Source of the DNA: a virus
DNA length: 64,000 nt
Strand: one strand, 5' to 3'
IMG/VR virus record: IMGVR_UViG_3300042907_001527
Coordinates: 40,000-103,999 of that record
Positions 20,426 through 29,904 of the stretch are shown here, piece by piece. The first letter of the stretch is position 1; every line of letters begins with the position of its first letter. Position numbers and translations under genes: made by a program. The notes beneath the pieces were generated by a model. The model was given only the letters and a program-made list of their open reading frames with translations, ran no database searches and was not told where the DNA came from.

Positions 20426-21955
20426 ATGAAAAAAACAGAAGAGAAAATCCAACAATTAGAGTTACAGATACTTGAAAATCACGTAACCAAAGAAAAAGAG
20501 TTGTTGATTACAGAAATGAAAAAAATCGGAATAGAGAAACTACCTTATTCCTACTCAGCCCTCAAACAGTTTATTGACCCCGAAACCATGAGTTTCCACT
20601 ACAATAAACATTACAAAGGGTATGTTGATAAACTAAACGACGCATTATCAAAGAAAAAATACGGAGATTTAGATTTAGAAAAAATAATTAAAACAATCAG
20701 TCGTTTTGATAAAACAATTCGAAACAACGCAGGTGGAGCATTTAACCACGCATTGTTTTGGAATATGTTAACTCCCGAACCAAAGAAATTAACAGGTGAA
20801 CTTTATAAAAAGATTACCAAACAGTGGGGAACATTCACAAACTTTAAAAAAGAATTTGAAAAACAAGCCAAAGACCGTTTTGGTTCAGGTTGGGTATGGT
20901 TAATTCTAACCTCTAATAATACTTTAAAGATTATGTCAACTCCAAACCAAGATAATCCATTAATGAATGTGATTGAAGGTGGTGGGTTTCCATTGTTGGG
21001 GTTAGATTTATGGGAACACGCTTATTATTTGAAGTACCGAAATAAAAGAGACGAATACATAACAAACTTTTGGAAAGTTGTTAATTGGGAATTTGTAACT
21101 AAAATGTACGAAATGAGAGTTGAAACCAAATTAACAGAATCTACCAAAATGAAACAAATATTAAGTGAGGGTAAATCTGAAATGTGTTCAAAATCTGATA
21201 ACGAATTTTACAGAATGTTATTTAACGTAAATCAAGATATTAAATGGACTTACATGAATGGTATCAATAGAATCCTTAAAGAAGTTTTTAATGAAAATTA
21301 TATTGAAGTTCCTCCCACTAATCAATTACCGGGTATTTATGATATTGAGGGACCTGGTAGGTCAGTAATTAATAAACTCAACACAAATTACACGGCGTTT
21401 TGTATTTTATTAAAAGATTTAAATCAAGTTATTACAACTATACCAAATAAAAAACCAATCACTTTTACCGATAAAACTCCCGCAGAACAGAAAAAAGAAG
21501 TTGAGAGATTTGTAAATGCGTTAGGACATTTTAAATATAGAATATTTGATAAACAAAGTTCAACATTTATTAATTTATTAAGAACCTTAACAGAAAAAAA
21601 TAATGCAGGTGATAAAAGAGAACAAATTACGTTATCAATCCTTAGAAGATTTTTTGGTCAAAATGCAAAAGTTGAGTTGGTTGGTGGGTTAGGAAATAAA
21701 AAAGATGCAATTCAAGGTGTTGATTTAGAAATATTTAAAGATGGTAAGTTACACACCGCACAAGTTAAACCATTTAGAGAAATGAAAAAAACTGAAAGTG
21801 GAATTGAATTGGAGGGTACCGCAAGTGTTAAATTATATAAAACGGATTGGATGGTTTTTCAACGAGGAAAGAATGTTTTAGTGTTTGATAAAAAACCAAA
21901 AATTGTTGGTGGTAATTTTGTTTTTCCACTTGATTCACTTTTATATAGTATATAA
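20426..21955 (+). CDS. sodA: Fe/Mn superoxide dismutase (Mn-type signature) fused to a PD-(D/E)xK-like domain
   Basis: FHYNKH, GGAFNHALFW, FGSGW, PNQDNP, DLWEHAYY. The C-terminal region has GDKRE...DAIQGVDL...AQVK. Confidence 0.85.
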   Translation: MKKTEEKIQQLELQILENHVTKEKELLITEMKKIGIEKLPYSYSALKQFIDPETMSFHYNKHYKGYVDKLNDALSKKKYGDLDLEKIIKTISRFDKTIRNNAGGAFNHALFWNMLTPEPKKLTGELYKKITKQWGTFTNFKKEFEKQAKDRFGSGWVWLILTSNNTLKIMSTPNQDNPLMNVIEGGGFPLLGLDLWEHAYYLKYRNKRDEYITNFWKVVNWEFVTKMYEMRVETKLTESTKMKQILSEGKSEMCSKSDNEFYRMLFNVNQDIKWTYMNGINRILKEVFNENYIEVPPTNQLPGIYDIEGPGRSVINKLNTNYTAFCILLKDLNQVITTIPNKKPITFTDKTPAEQKKEVERFVNALGHFKYRIFDKQSSTFINLLRTLTEKNNAGDKREQITLSILRRFFGQNAKVELVGGLGNKKDAIQGVDLEIFKDGKLHTAQVKPFREMKKTESGIELEGTASVKLYKTDWMVFQRGKNVLVFDKKPKIVGGNFVFPLDSLLYSI

Positions 21956-21967
21956 TAAACTAAACGA

Positions 21968-21974
21968 TATTTAT
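21968..21974 (+). promoter_or_regulatory. Putative late promoter TATTTAT
   Basis: 5 nt upstream of ATG 21980. Confidence 0.6.
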
Positions 21975-21979
21975 TAGAT

Positions 21980-23095
21980 ATGTCAGTTATACCAGAACCA
22001 GAAAGGTCAAAAATTTATACGAGAATAAAACATCTATTGGGTGCACCATTAAGAAGTGTTGAAGTCACTGATGAAATGATGGATTCGTTAATGGAATTAT
22101 CCATTCAAGATTACGAACAGTATATCTTGAATTGGTTAATTGATAGTCAATGGGTTAACTTGGTTAATCTTAATATGAGTGAAAAATCTGTTGCTCAAGC
22201 GTTAATCACAAGAACAATGGATTTTGAAAAACAATTCTCATATTCATACTCAAAAATTGTGGGACTTCAAGCTGAAGGTCCTTGGGTATTAAAAAAAGAT
22301 TATATTGTTCTTGAAAAAAACAAACAAAACTACGAAATCCCTGCAGGTCGTGAAATAAATGAAGTATTATGGTTTAGTAATCGACCTATTACCGCATTTG
22401 GTATGGGAGGTATTGGTGCTGGAGCAGGTCTTGGTGCAAATGAATCTGGTTTTGCCCAAGTGGGTAATCAGGGTTCTTATTATATGATGTCAGGGTTTGA
22501 TTACTTGATAAGAATGCAAGAAGCGAACATTATAAAAAGAATCCTTGGTGGTTCTTTAACTTATAGAATTACTGCGTTACCTGATGGTAAAAAAGATTTA
22601 CAATTATACAATGCACCTGGTAGTCGATTTAATTGGAGTAATTATAGTCAATACGTTGGTAATGCTGTTTGGTATTGGTACTACGATGTAACACCTGATA
22701 GTAGAGCAGATTGTTTAAAAAATAATCCTGACGTAATTAAAATGCCAAACGAAGTTCCTTTAGAAGAAATGAATTGGGTTGACTTAAATGTTCCCGCACA
22801 ACAATGGGTAAGAAGATGGTTCACCGCATATGTTAAAGAAACGTTAGGTCGAGTTAGAGGAAAATACAGTGGAAATTTAAAGGCTCCTGATTCAGAATTA
22901 ACAATGGACTACACAAGTTTATTAACTGAAGGTAAAGACGAAAAGACAAAGTTGATTGAAGAATTGACAGGGGCTGAAGGTTGGTTAACAAGATTACGTC
23001 CTGAAAAAGTAATGGAAAAAGAAGCGTTACTCGCTGAAAATCTAAATAAACAAATGAAATTCAGAGCAATGCCTCGTCAAATATATGTAATTTAA
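21980..23095 (+). CDS. Neck protein / head-tail adaptor (T4 gp13-like)
   Basis: LLGAPLRSVEV N-terminus and WVRRWFTAYVKETLGRVRGKY. Confidence 0.8.
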   Translation: MSVIPEPERSKIYTRIKHLLGAPLRSVEVTDEMMDSLMELSIQDYEQYILNWLIDSQWVNLVNLNMSEKSVAQALITRTMDFEKQFSYSYSKIVGLQAEGPWVLKKDYIVLEKNKQNYEIPAGREINEVLWFSNRPITAFGMGGIGAGAGLGANESGFAQVGNQGSYYMMSGFDYLIRMQEANIIKRILGGSLTYRITALPDGKKDLQLYNAPGSRFNWSNYSQYVGNAVWYWYYDVTPDSRADCLKNNPDVIKMPNEVPLEEMNWVDLNVPAQQWVRRWFTAYVKETLGRVRGKYSGNLKAPDSELTMDYTSLLTEGKDEKTKLIEELTGAEGWLTRLRPEKVMEKEALLAENLNKQMKFRAMPRQIYVI

Positions 23096-23098
23096 ATT

Positions 23099-23434
23099 AT
23101 GGCAATTATTAAAACAATACCATCAACAAGATTGATTAATGGTGAAGTTATTGAAACTTCTGAAATTTCAATAGTATCTGAAAAAGAATATAGAACAAAT
23201 GGTGAAGAGTGTGTTATCGTTAGAAATGTACAAGAGTCAACAATCATATTAGATTCAAAAACAACAGACCATGTAGTTATAAAATCTATGACTTATTTAA
23301 AAATTAAACCAGATATTGGTAAAATTGATGAAGAGTATGATGAAGTAATTGCTGATAGATACTCATGTATTGAATTTAGATTTTGTGTTGGTAACTGGTA
23401 TATCTTGTCGTCAGACGGTCTCAAGAATTCCTAA
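23099..23434 (+). CDS. Hypothetical small beta-rich virion protein
   Basis: Starts 3 nt after the neck gene and ends in ...GNWYILS, like fibre-associated modules. Confidence 0.6.
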   Translation: MAIIKTIPSTRLINGEVIETSEISIVSEKEYRTNGEECVIVRNVQESTIILDSKTTDHVVIKSMTYLKIKPDIGKIDEEYDEVIADRYSCIEFRFCVGNWYILSSDGLKNS

Positions 23435-26140
23435 TTTTTCTTTCCAATCCTCTTCAGCAAAATCATACATATAATCAGAACTTAAACCTCTTCTTTCCCA
23501 ATAATTTAATTCTTGTTCTGTTATATCAAGTACGTCTTCTTGTAATCTATCTTGGTCACCATTACCTAATGGATGTCCATTGATAAGTTCACATTGTGAC
23601 TTTGTAAAAATACCCCTATTTTCAGGGTCATTAACAATTAAGTTATTTCTAACCTCGTCTTGAAATACAACCATCAATGGTTCCATTCTTTTGTTAAATG
23701 TAGTAATTGCTCTTGGTATATTATAATCACCTGTTAAATTAGGGTCATTTTCCAAAATGTCTTTGTGTAACATATAACAATTGATTTGAACTCCGTCTCC
23801 TTTTTTCTGAACATCACCATGTGAAGCTCTTAATCCATTATTCACATACATAATAACATCACCAAGATTTACCGCAAGATTTTCTTGTATTGCAAGTTCC
23901 ATGTGAGCCATTCGACTCATACTATTACCCGATTTAGTTTTAGTTGTTAATCTTTTCTTATAGTCATCTACAGATAGTTTAACTTTTGCTCGTTGAGCAA
24001 TCTTACTTAACGGTATTTGTTTGTCAAAAATCTTTTGTAGGTATTCATAATAATATTCGACAAATGCTTGACCATTACCTTCCAATAACATCTTTATCCC
24101 TTTATCTAAAAACTCCTCAATATATAATGGAAGTTTCTTTGACTTGATACTATTACCTGTCAATTTAATTTTACCTTTGGCATCCATAACTGCATAGTTC
24201 TTACGAGCCAAGTTAATACACGAAGGCCAAACACCATCCGTATCAAGTGCCATTTCACCTCTCATGAAGATATCATTATACTCTGCAACATCAGCTTCAG
24301 GTCCATAATATTCTTTACCCAATACAACTTTCCAATTTAATCCACGACCAACATAAACTCTGTCTTTTGCGTCATCAGGAGTTGAAAAGTTAACACCGTC
24401 AGTATCCATTACCAAAGGAACATAACCTTTAGTCATAAAGAACTTAATCATCTGACGAAGGTATTGTCTACCTGTACAAGTAATCTGTTCTCCCATGTAC
24501 ATATCTCCCCAAGCAAACACTTGTGGTGCTGACAACGCCCCAAACATCGAGTTAATGAAAATCTTAATTGGTAATTGTTTATTACCATATGATTCTGACT
24601 TATTACGGTCGGTTTCGTAGTATTCTTCAGCAAGTTGTTTGTATTTGATACGAGTGTCACGAAAGTATTTTAACATTCCTTTCATTGCCCCCGTTACATC
24701 ACACTTAGGGAATACATCGTGTACTAACTGAATAGATGGATATAACGAAGAAAAATCTAGTTTAAGTACATTCTTACTATAACCAACCTTAAGTAGTCGT
24801 GAGAGACCTCCTACGAAGTCTGTCTTACCTTGTTTAGCGGGGATTGCAAGTCCATGTTTATAAGACCAAGCTAACATTAACATTTTCCATAGAGTCGCAG
24901 TACCCATTGTAGATACTCTCTCGTATGTTGTTGGAATCATTGCAGCAAGTAGGAACGACCCCTGATTAAACTCTTGGTCAACCTTTAAGGTTTCATCTAA
25001 GTCATCATCAAGATACATCTCTACAATCTTATCACCTGTAATCTTTTTGTATACGTTAGGAAATTTTGTATCTAAATCATTATATGCAGGATTATTGGCC
25101 TTTTTGTAATTACCATTCTGTGTGTTTAACCAATATTCCTCTTTGTTAAGGAACATCTTACCGATATTATCGTGGTCAATATACACACGACTTGGTGATT
25201 CAGCATTGATATATTTGGTAATGTATTTTAATCCGGCTGCTTTAATACTAGAATTGATTGCCTGAGCTCTACGAACTGCGTGGATAATATCAATGACATT
25301 ATAACCCCAAATTGAAGTTTGAGTAAATATTTCCACGTCATTTGCAAGTTTTAACATTCCGTCTTTTCTTGTGAATGAATGTTTGGGGTGCAATGATTTA
25401 CAAATCTTTTTTGGGTCAAGACCCAAGATTTTACAACGTTCAAAAATCCAATGCCAGTCAAAGTTTGCAGAATTATATCCACCAATAATACTTGGTTTTA
25501 ACTCGTCGATAATATTAAAGAATTCGATGATTGCTCCTCGCTCTTCAGATTCATCAATACATTCAATAACTTTGTGGTATCCTTTATTTGTTTTAATTCC
25601 AATCATAAAAATACGACCGTGTTGTGGTTCAAGAGAGGTTGTCTCTAAGTCATATACAAGTCGGGTGACTTCATTATAATTTTCAAAACCTTTAAATAAT
25701 CGTTTTTCTTTTGAAATAAGATATTGTTCTACAGGTGGTAAAACAATGATTTTATCTTTTGTCTTTTCTCCCCACGGGTCACATCCACCTTCTCTAAAGA
25801 ATTGGATTAGTTCACGATAACCTTTAAGAGATTTAACCATAAAAGTCATACCCTTTTCTAATCGTTCATCACCATGAGTTTCTAATTTATCAATCATAAT
25901 CCCATGTTTGGTCATGGCAACTTTTTGGGCGGATTTAGAACCACCGTAAAAGTTAATATTTCGTAAATCACCAACCCAAGCAAATGGGGTAAATGTGTCT
26001 TTACGTATTTCTTTTCCTTTGCCAGGAATTTCTTTTATTTTGTAAATGGAGTTGGATGCGTAGTCAAATTCAATTGCCACAATAAATTCTTCAGGGTCGT
26101 TGCCGTGCAAGAAAGATTCAATTTCTTCGTTAGATATCAT
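23411..26140 (-). CDS. Family B DNA polymerase
   Basis: Exo motifs YDLET and GYNSANFD. Polymerase motifs DFSSLYPS, KIFINSMFG and DTDG. Confidence 0.95.
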   Translation of the reverse strand: MISNEEIESFLHGNDPEEFIVAIEFDYASNSIYKIKEIPGKGKEIRKDTFTPFAWVGDLRNINFYGGSKSAQKVAMTKHGIMIDKLETHGDERLEKGMTFMVKSLKGYRELIQFFREGGCDPWGEKTKDKIIVLPPVEQYLISKEKRLFKGFENYNEVTRLVYDLETTSLEPQHGRIFMIGIKTNKGYHKVIECIDESEERGAIIEFFNIIDELKPSIIGGYNSANFDWHWIFERCKILGLDPKKICKSLHPKHSFTRKDGMLKLANDVEIFTQTSIWGYNVIDIIHAVRRAQAINSSIKAAGLKYITKYINAESPSRVYIDHDNIGKMFLNKEEYWLNTQNGNYKKANNPAYNDLDTKFPNVYKKITGDKIVEMYLDDDLDETLKVDQEFNQGSFLLAAMIPTTYERVSTMGTATLWKMLMLAWSYKHGLAIPAKQGKTDFVGGLSRLLKVGYSKNVLKLDFSSLYPSIQLVHDVFPKCDVTGAMKGMLKYFRDTRIKYKQLAEEYYETDRNKSESYGNKQLPIKIFINSMFGALSAPQVFAWGDMYMGEQITCTGRQYLRQMIKFFMTKGYVPLVMDTDGVNFSTPDDAKDRVYVGRGLNWKVVLGKEYYGPEADVAEYNDIFMRGEMALDTDGVWPSCINLARKNYAVMDAKGKIKLTGNSIKSKKLPLYIEEFLDKGIKMLLEGNGQAFVEYYYEYLQKIFDKQIPLSKIAQRAKVKLSVDDYKKRLTTKTKSGNSMSRMAHMELAIQENLAVNLGDVIMYVNNGLRASHGDVQKKGDGVQINCYMLHKDILENDPNLTGDYNIPRAITTFNKRMEPLMVVFQDEVRNNLIVNDPENRGIFTKSQCELINGHPLGNGDQDRLQEDVLDITEQELNYWERRGLSSDYMYDFAEEDWKEKLGILETV

Positions 26141-26166
26141 AATACTTATTTCTTTGGTTCATTAGC

Positions 26167-26199
26167 TTTCACACCGTCGTGAAATTTACCTTCGTAAAT
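26167..26199 (-). promoter_or_regulatory. Tandem hairpins in the DNA polymerase 5' leader
   Basis: ATTTAC-GAAG-GTAAAT followed by TTTCAC-GACGGT-GTGAAA, 26 nt before the ATG. Confidence 0.45.
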
Positions 26200-26229
26200 A
26201 AATATAAATAAAAAATTGGATTAATCAAA

Positions 26230-26607
26230 TTAACAACAAGCAGTTTCCGAAATAAAACTTGGTTGAATATTAATATATAATTCCTCTCTGATTGGAAGAA
26301 TTAAATTTCCCTCGTCATTCTTAATTAAGAACTGACCAACATACCTACCTGGTGTGTTTGTGTCTCTTGAAGTGAATTTGTAATAGATATAATATTCAGG
26401 TGTCGCACCTAAAGGTAAGATAAGTGAAACAATTTCACAAGGGGCAGACACAATTTTAGGGATTTCGGTCTCAACATCAATCATTGTAAAAAAAATAGTA
26501 GAAACTTCCAAGTCCTGCATCAGTTCCAAGTAACCCGCTCTACCATCTTTTACTACTTGCATTTTTAATACAGGTAACGTCGAGTTTTGTTTAATAAAGA
26601 ATTCCAT
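26230..26607 (-). CDS. BppU-N-like Ig-fold virion adaptor protein
   Basis: FFIKQNSTLP...YKFTSRDTNTPGRYVGQF...LILP, with TATTTAT 4 nt upstream (26612-26618). Confidence 0.65.
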   Translation of the reverse strand: MEFFIKQNSTLPVLKMQVVKDGRAGYLELMQDLEVSTIFFTMIDVETEIPKIVSAPCEIVSLILPLGATPEYYIYYKFTSRDTNTPGRYVGQFLIKNDEGNLILPIREELYINIQPSFISETACC

Positions 26608-26623
26608 AACAATAAATATATTG

Positions 26624-28300
26624 TTATGACTCTTTTCTTAAACTTCTTTCATAATGTTCAAATCTATCATGTTCTGTTGGTGTCATAAGTAATAATCCAG
26701 GATACAACTCACCTTTCTTAACCAACTGATACATATGGCTCATCCAAGTTTGTTCAAATGGATGTCCCCATGTTACATCTAAGAACATTTTTTGATTTCC
26801 TGTTCTTGTAACAATTTGAGGCCAATTACAATAATAAACATCACCTGTTACATAAGGAACTCCTTGAAATGAATTAATTGAATCATATACCGTTCTTGGA
26901 GCATTTGGGTCTAATCCTTGAACCGGTAATCTGTCTTTACCTGGCCAATACTTTTGTCTAACATCTTGAGGTACGTTATACCATGACCATTGAGTGCCAT
27001 TGTCTCCAAAGAATTCACTATAATTGAGTTTTAAAAAGTCAAAGTTTTCTTTTTTAACAATTTGTAATGTTTTTGAATATAAATTTGGAACATATCGGTT
27101 AAATCCATTTCTACATACATCTCCCTCTTTTGGATAAAAGAACATGTCATCTTCAAAAAACAAATAAAAATCTAAATCTGTTTCATTTTGGAAATGTTCG
27201 GCAATCCATTGACGGCCACCACAAATACCTAAATTATCTTTCTTAATGTGTTCAAACCCATTTTCTTCACACAATTTAGCATAGTCATCAAATGTTGATT
27301 CATCACTTGAGTTATCTAACAAAAACTTTTTAGTTTTTAATAAATAATCTTTATCGTAAGCATTCATGGATTCAATTAAAGTTGAAAATTGTTTTGGGCT
27401 ATTAAATGTAATCACATATAAACCAACTTTATTAACATCTAATGTGTTTGTTTCTTTATGAATATTTTCAGATTTAGGTTTCAATTCATTATTTTTTAAA
27501 TCTTCAAAAAACTTACCAACCAAACCATTAGATTCAATTTCAAAATAATTAACCATATCAGAGTGTTTATAACACATAATACTGAAGATTGATTCTTCGG
27601 TACCCATATAACCTTCATCTAAAGTTGTTTGTAACAAATTATAATATATTCCATTAATATCGCTAATGGTATGCTTTGGGCCACCAAAAAATCCACCTCT
27701 TGCGACTTTATTAACTTTTGAACCCGCAATAGAATTTAACTTATTATATTCAAAACCATGAATTTCAGTTTCAGCATCATATTGAAAACAAATAAATGAA
27801 AATTTTGAAATGTATTTTGACAAGTTATTTAAAACTTTATCATGAGTAAAATAACCTTGGTGAACGGTATTTGTTAAACCACCATCAATCCAAAACATAT
27901 ATTCAGAGTCAAATCTGTCCATAATCTTAGCATCGTGTAATAAGAATACCTTGGACATAACTAATGGATTATAATTTTCTAATCTACATTGTGTTGATTC
28001 TTTTAACCAACCAGATAAATTTTGCCAATTTTCATCAGTTCTAATTTTTTGAACTTTGTTAAAAAATTCAGATTCTCTAAACCAAGACATTGGTCTAAGA
28101 ATAAATTGTGTATTGTCATGACTTCTTCTTTCAAAAACAAATTTTTGAAGTTCTTCGTCTCCAAAAATAATCATATTCTCATCACACTTTAAAAGTTGTT
28201 CAAACTTATCTAAATAATGTTGGTAGGGTCTTGACCAACCTTCGGTTAATTCTTCTCGACCGATATCCCATATTCCTGTAACTAATGTTATATTACTCAT
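26624..28300 (-). CDS. Two-domain glycosyltransferase: HtrL/YibB-like plus GT-A domain
   Basis: TLVTGIWDIGRE, WIDGG, GGFFGG and TEE, then a C-terminal domain with FFEDD. Confidence 0.7.
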   Translation of the reverse strand: MSNITLVTGIWDIGREELTEGWSRPYQHYLDKFEQLLKCDENMIIFGDEELQKFVFERRSHDNTQFILRPMSWFRESEFFNKVQKIRTDENWQNLSGWLKESTQCRLENYNPLVMSKVFLLHDAKIMDRFDSEYMFWIDGGLTNTVHQGYFTHDKVLNNLSKYISKFSFICFQYDAETEIHGFEYNKLNSIAGSKVNKVARGGFFGGPKHTISDINGIYYNLLQTTLDEGYMGTEESIFSIMCYKHSDMVNYFEIESNGLVGKFFEDLKNNELKPKSENIHKETNTLDVNKVGLYVITFNSPKQFSTLIESMNAYDKDYLLKTKKFLLDNSSDESTFDDYAKLCEENGFEHIKKDNLGICGGRQWIAEHFQNETDLDFYLFFEDDMFFYPKEGDVCRNGFNRYVPNLYSKTLQIVKKENFDFLKLNYSEFFGDNGTQWSWYNVPQDVRQKYWPGKDRLPVQGLDPNAPRTVYDSINSFQGVPYVTGDVYYCNWPQIVTRTGNQKMFLDVTWGHPFEQTWMSHMYQLVKKGELYPGLLLMTPTEHDRFEHYERSLRKES

Positions 28301-28304
28301 ATAT

Positions 28305-29180
28305 TTAATTTAACTCTTCTAATATTTTATAAAAACTTTTATTTACTCTTGTATGTTCTACCATATCTGTACCAGCAACTCTTTCGTCTTCATGCCACCA
28401 AATATCAAATTCTAATGTAACAAATAAATCGGGATGGTTTCTATACATTAATGTCATTATGTCTTCTTCGTGATATAGTCTTTTATCGTGTTCAGTAACT
28501 TGATAAACATATTTTTTAAAAAGTGTGATTATCTCGTTTAATAATTCTTTTTTTCCGCCAAAAAAACCACCAATAATGTGTCTAGAAATATCATGTTCAT
28601 TAAAATGTGATGGATTGACAGTACCTGACCAAAAATTTCTTGAGTTTTCTTTTGAAACAATAATTATTTTATCCCCACTTTTAGAAATTAAATTTTTTAA
28701 AAATGTGTTATTAAACAAAGAACTTTCATAATACTGACTATTATGAATACCTGTTTTTGCCAAATACTTATTTGGTATTAAACCACAATGGGACAAACCA
28801 GCATCAACCCAATAATAATTGTCGTAAGACATATCTTCCATTGATAACCATATAAACTTCATGTATTGTATTTCAATACATCTATCACCTTTTTTAATTC
28901 CTTCATAGTCTTTGTATTGACCAATCAACTCAGAAAATTCGTTTTGTTTTAAATCAAATTTGACAAATTTGATTTTTTCTGGATTTATATTATGTTCATT
29001 ATAGAAAAAATTAACCAATCCATTGTACTCACTATCAGATGTATAACATAAAAAATCGGCATCAGTCATTTTTAATAATGATAATAAACTCCAACAATAA
29101 TGGCCATGTCTATTAGGTCTTCCTCCTAAATCAGTTCCATGTAAATTAGAATAAATTGCCGTAATAATTTTAACTGACAT
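28305..29180 (-). CDS. HtrL/YibB-like glycosyltransferase
   Basis: IITAIY, WVDAG, GGFFGG, HEE. Confidence 0.65.
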   Translation of the reverse strand: MSVKIITAIYSNLHGTDLGGRPNRHGHYCWSLLSLLKMTDADFLCYTSDSEYNGLVNFFYNEHNINPEKIKFVKFDLKQNEFSELIGQYKDYEGIKKGDRCIEIQYMKFIWLSMEDMSYDNYYWVDAGLSHCGLIPNKYLAKTGIHNSQYYESSLFNNTFLKNLISKSGDKIIIVSKENSRNFWSGTVNPSHFNEHDISRHIIGGFFGGKKELLNEIITLFKKYVYQVTEHDKRLYHEEDIMTLMYRNHPDLFVTLEFDIWWHEDERVAGTDMVEHTRVNKSFYKILEELN

Positions 29181-29904
29181 ACGTAAATTGTTTGTGTTCT
29201 TTATTGTCTTTTAAATCTTGGGTTAATGTTCCGTTTAAATATTCCGAAGGTATTTTACAAGGACTATATAAATTCCAATTATATGTTTGTGTATAAAAAT
29301 TATTATACTGTCCTTGAGACACATCGGACCAACTACTCATTTGAGGGGCAATTGTTAATATTGGAGAATAACTTTGTTTAATTGGTAAAATAAATTGATA
29401 AATATAATCATCAATTGAATAATACCCTAAAATTTCAGGTTTCTCCATTTCAATAACATTATCATAAATTGAGTTATGATATAATATCATATTAGTTGCA
29501 AATATCCCTCGTTCGTATTCTTTTTTTGGAGGTAGATTTGTAATGTCTAAAAATAACGGTAATTTCTCACTACGATTAACAGGTCTATTTAATGTTGGAG
29601 AAAGATTAATAATCCCAAATTCAAATTCATCTGTTTCAGTTTCAATTTTAGTAATTAAATCTTTTGAATATGGTAAGAATGTACAGTCATCCTCAATAAC
29701 CATCACCGATTCATAACCTCTTTCTTTCGCAATTTTTAGTATTTCTACATGGGATAATGTACACCCTCCATGATTATTTAAATCAACCGCTTTAAATATT
29801 TCATAATCCCAACCAATATATTCCATCTCTTTTTTGATGTGCTCCAATCGGTCGGGTCTTCTTTCTAAATTAACAACAAATTTAGGTATATTAGTAATAT
29901 TCAT
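29170..29904 (-). CDS. Glycosyltransferase family 25
   Basis: VNLERRPDR, GCTLSH, IEDD. Confidence 0.8.
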   Translation of the reverse strand: MNITNIPKFVVNLERRPDRLEHIKKEMEYIGWDYEIFKAVDLNNHGGCTLSHVEILKIAKERGYESVMVIEDDCTFLPYSKDLITKIETETDEFEFGIINLSPTLNRPVNRSEKLPLFLDITNLPPKKEYERGIFATNMILYHNSIYDNVIEMEKPEILGYYSIDDYIYQFILPIKQSYSPILTIAPQMSSWSDVSQGQYNNFYTQTYNWNLYSPCKIPSEYLNGTLTQDLKDNKEHKQFTYVS

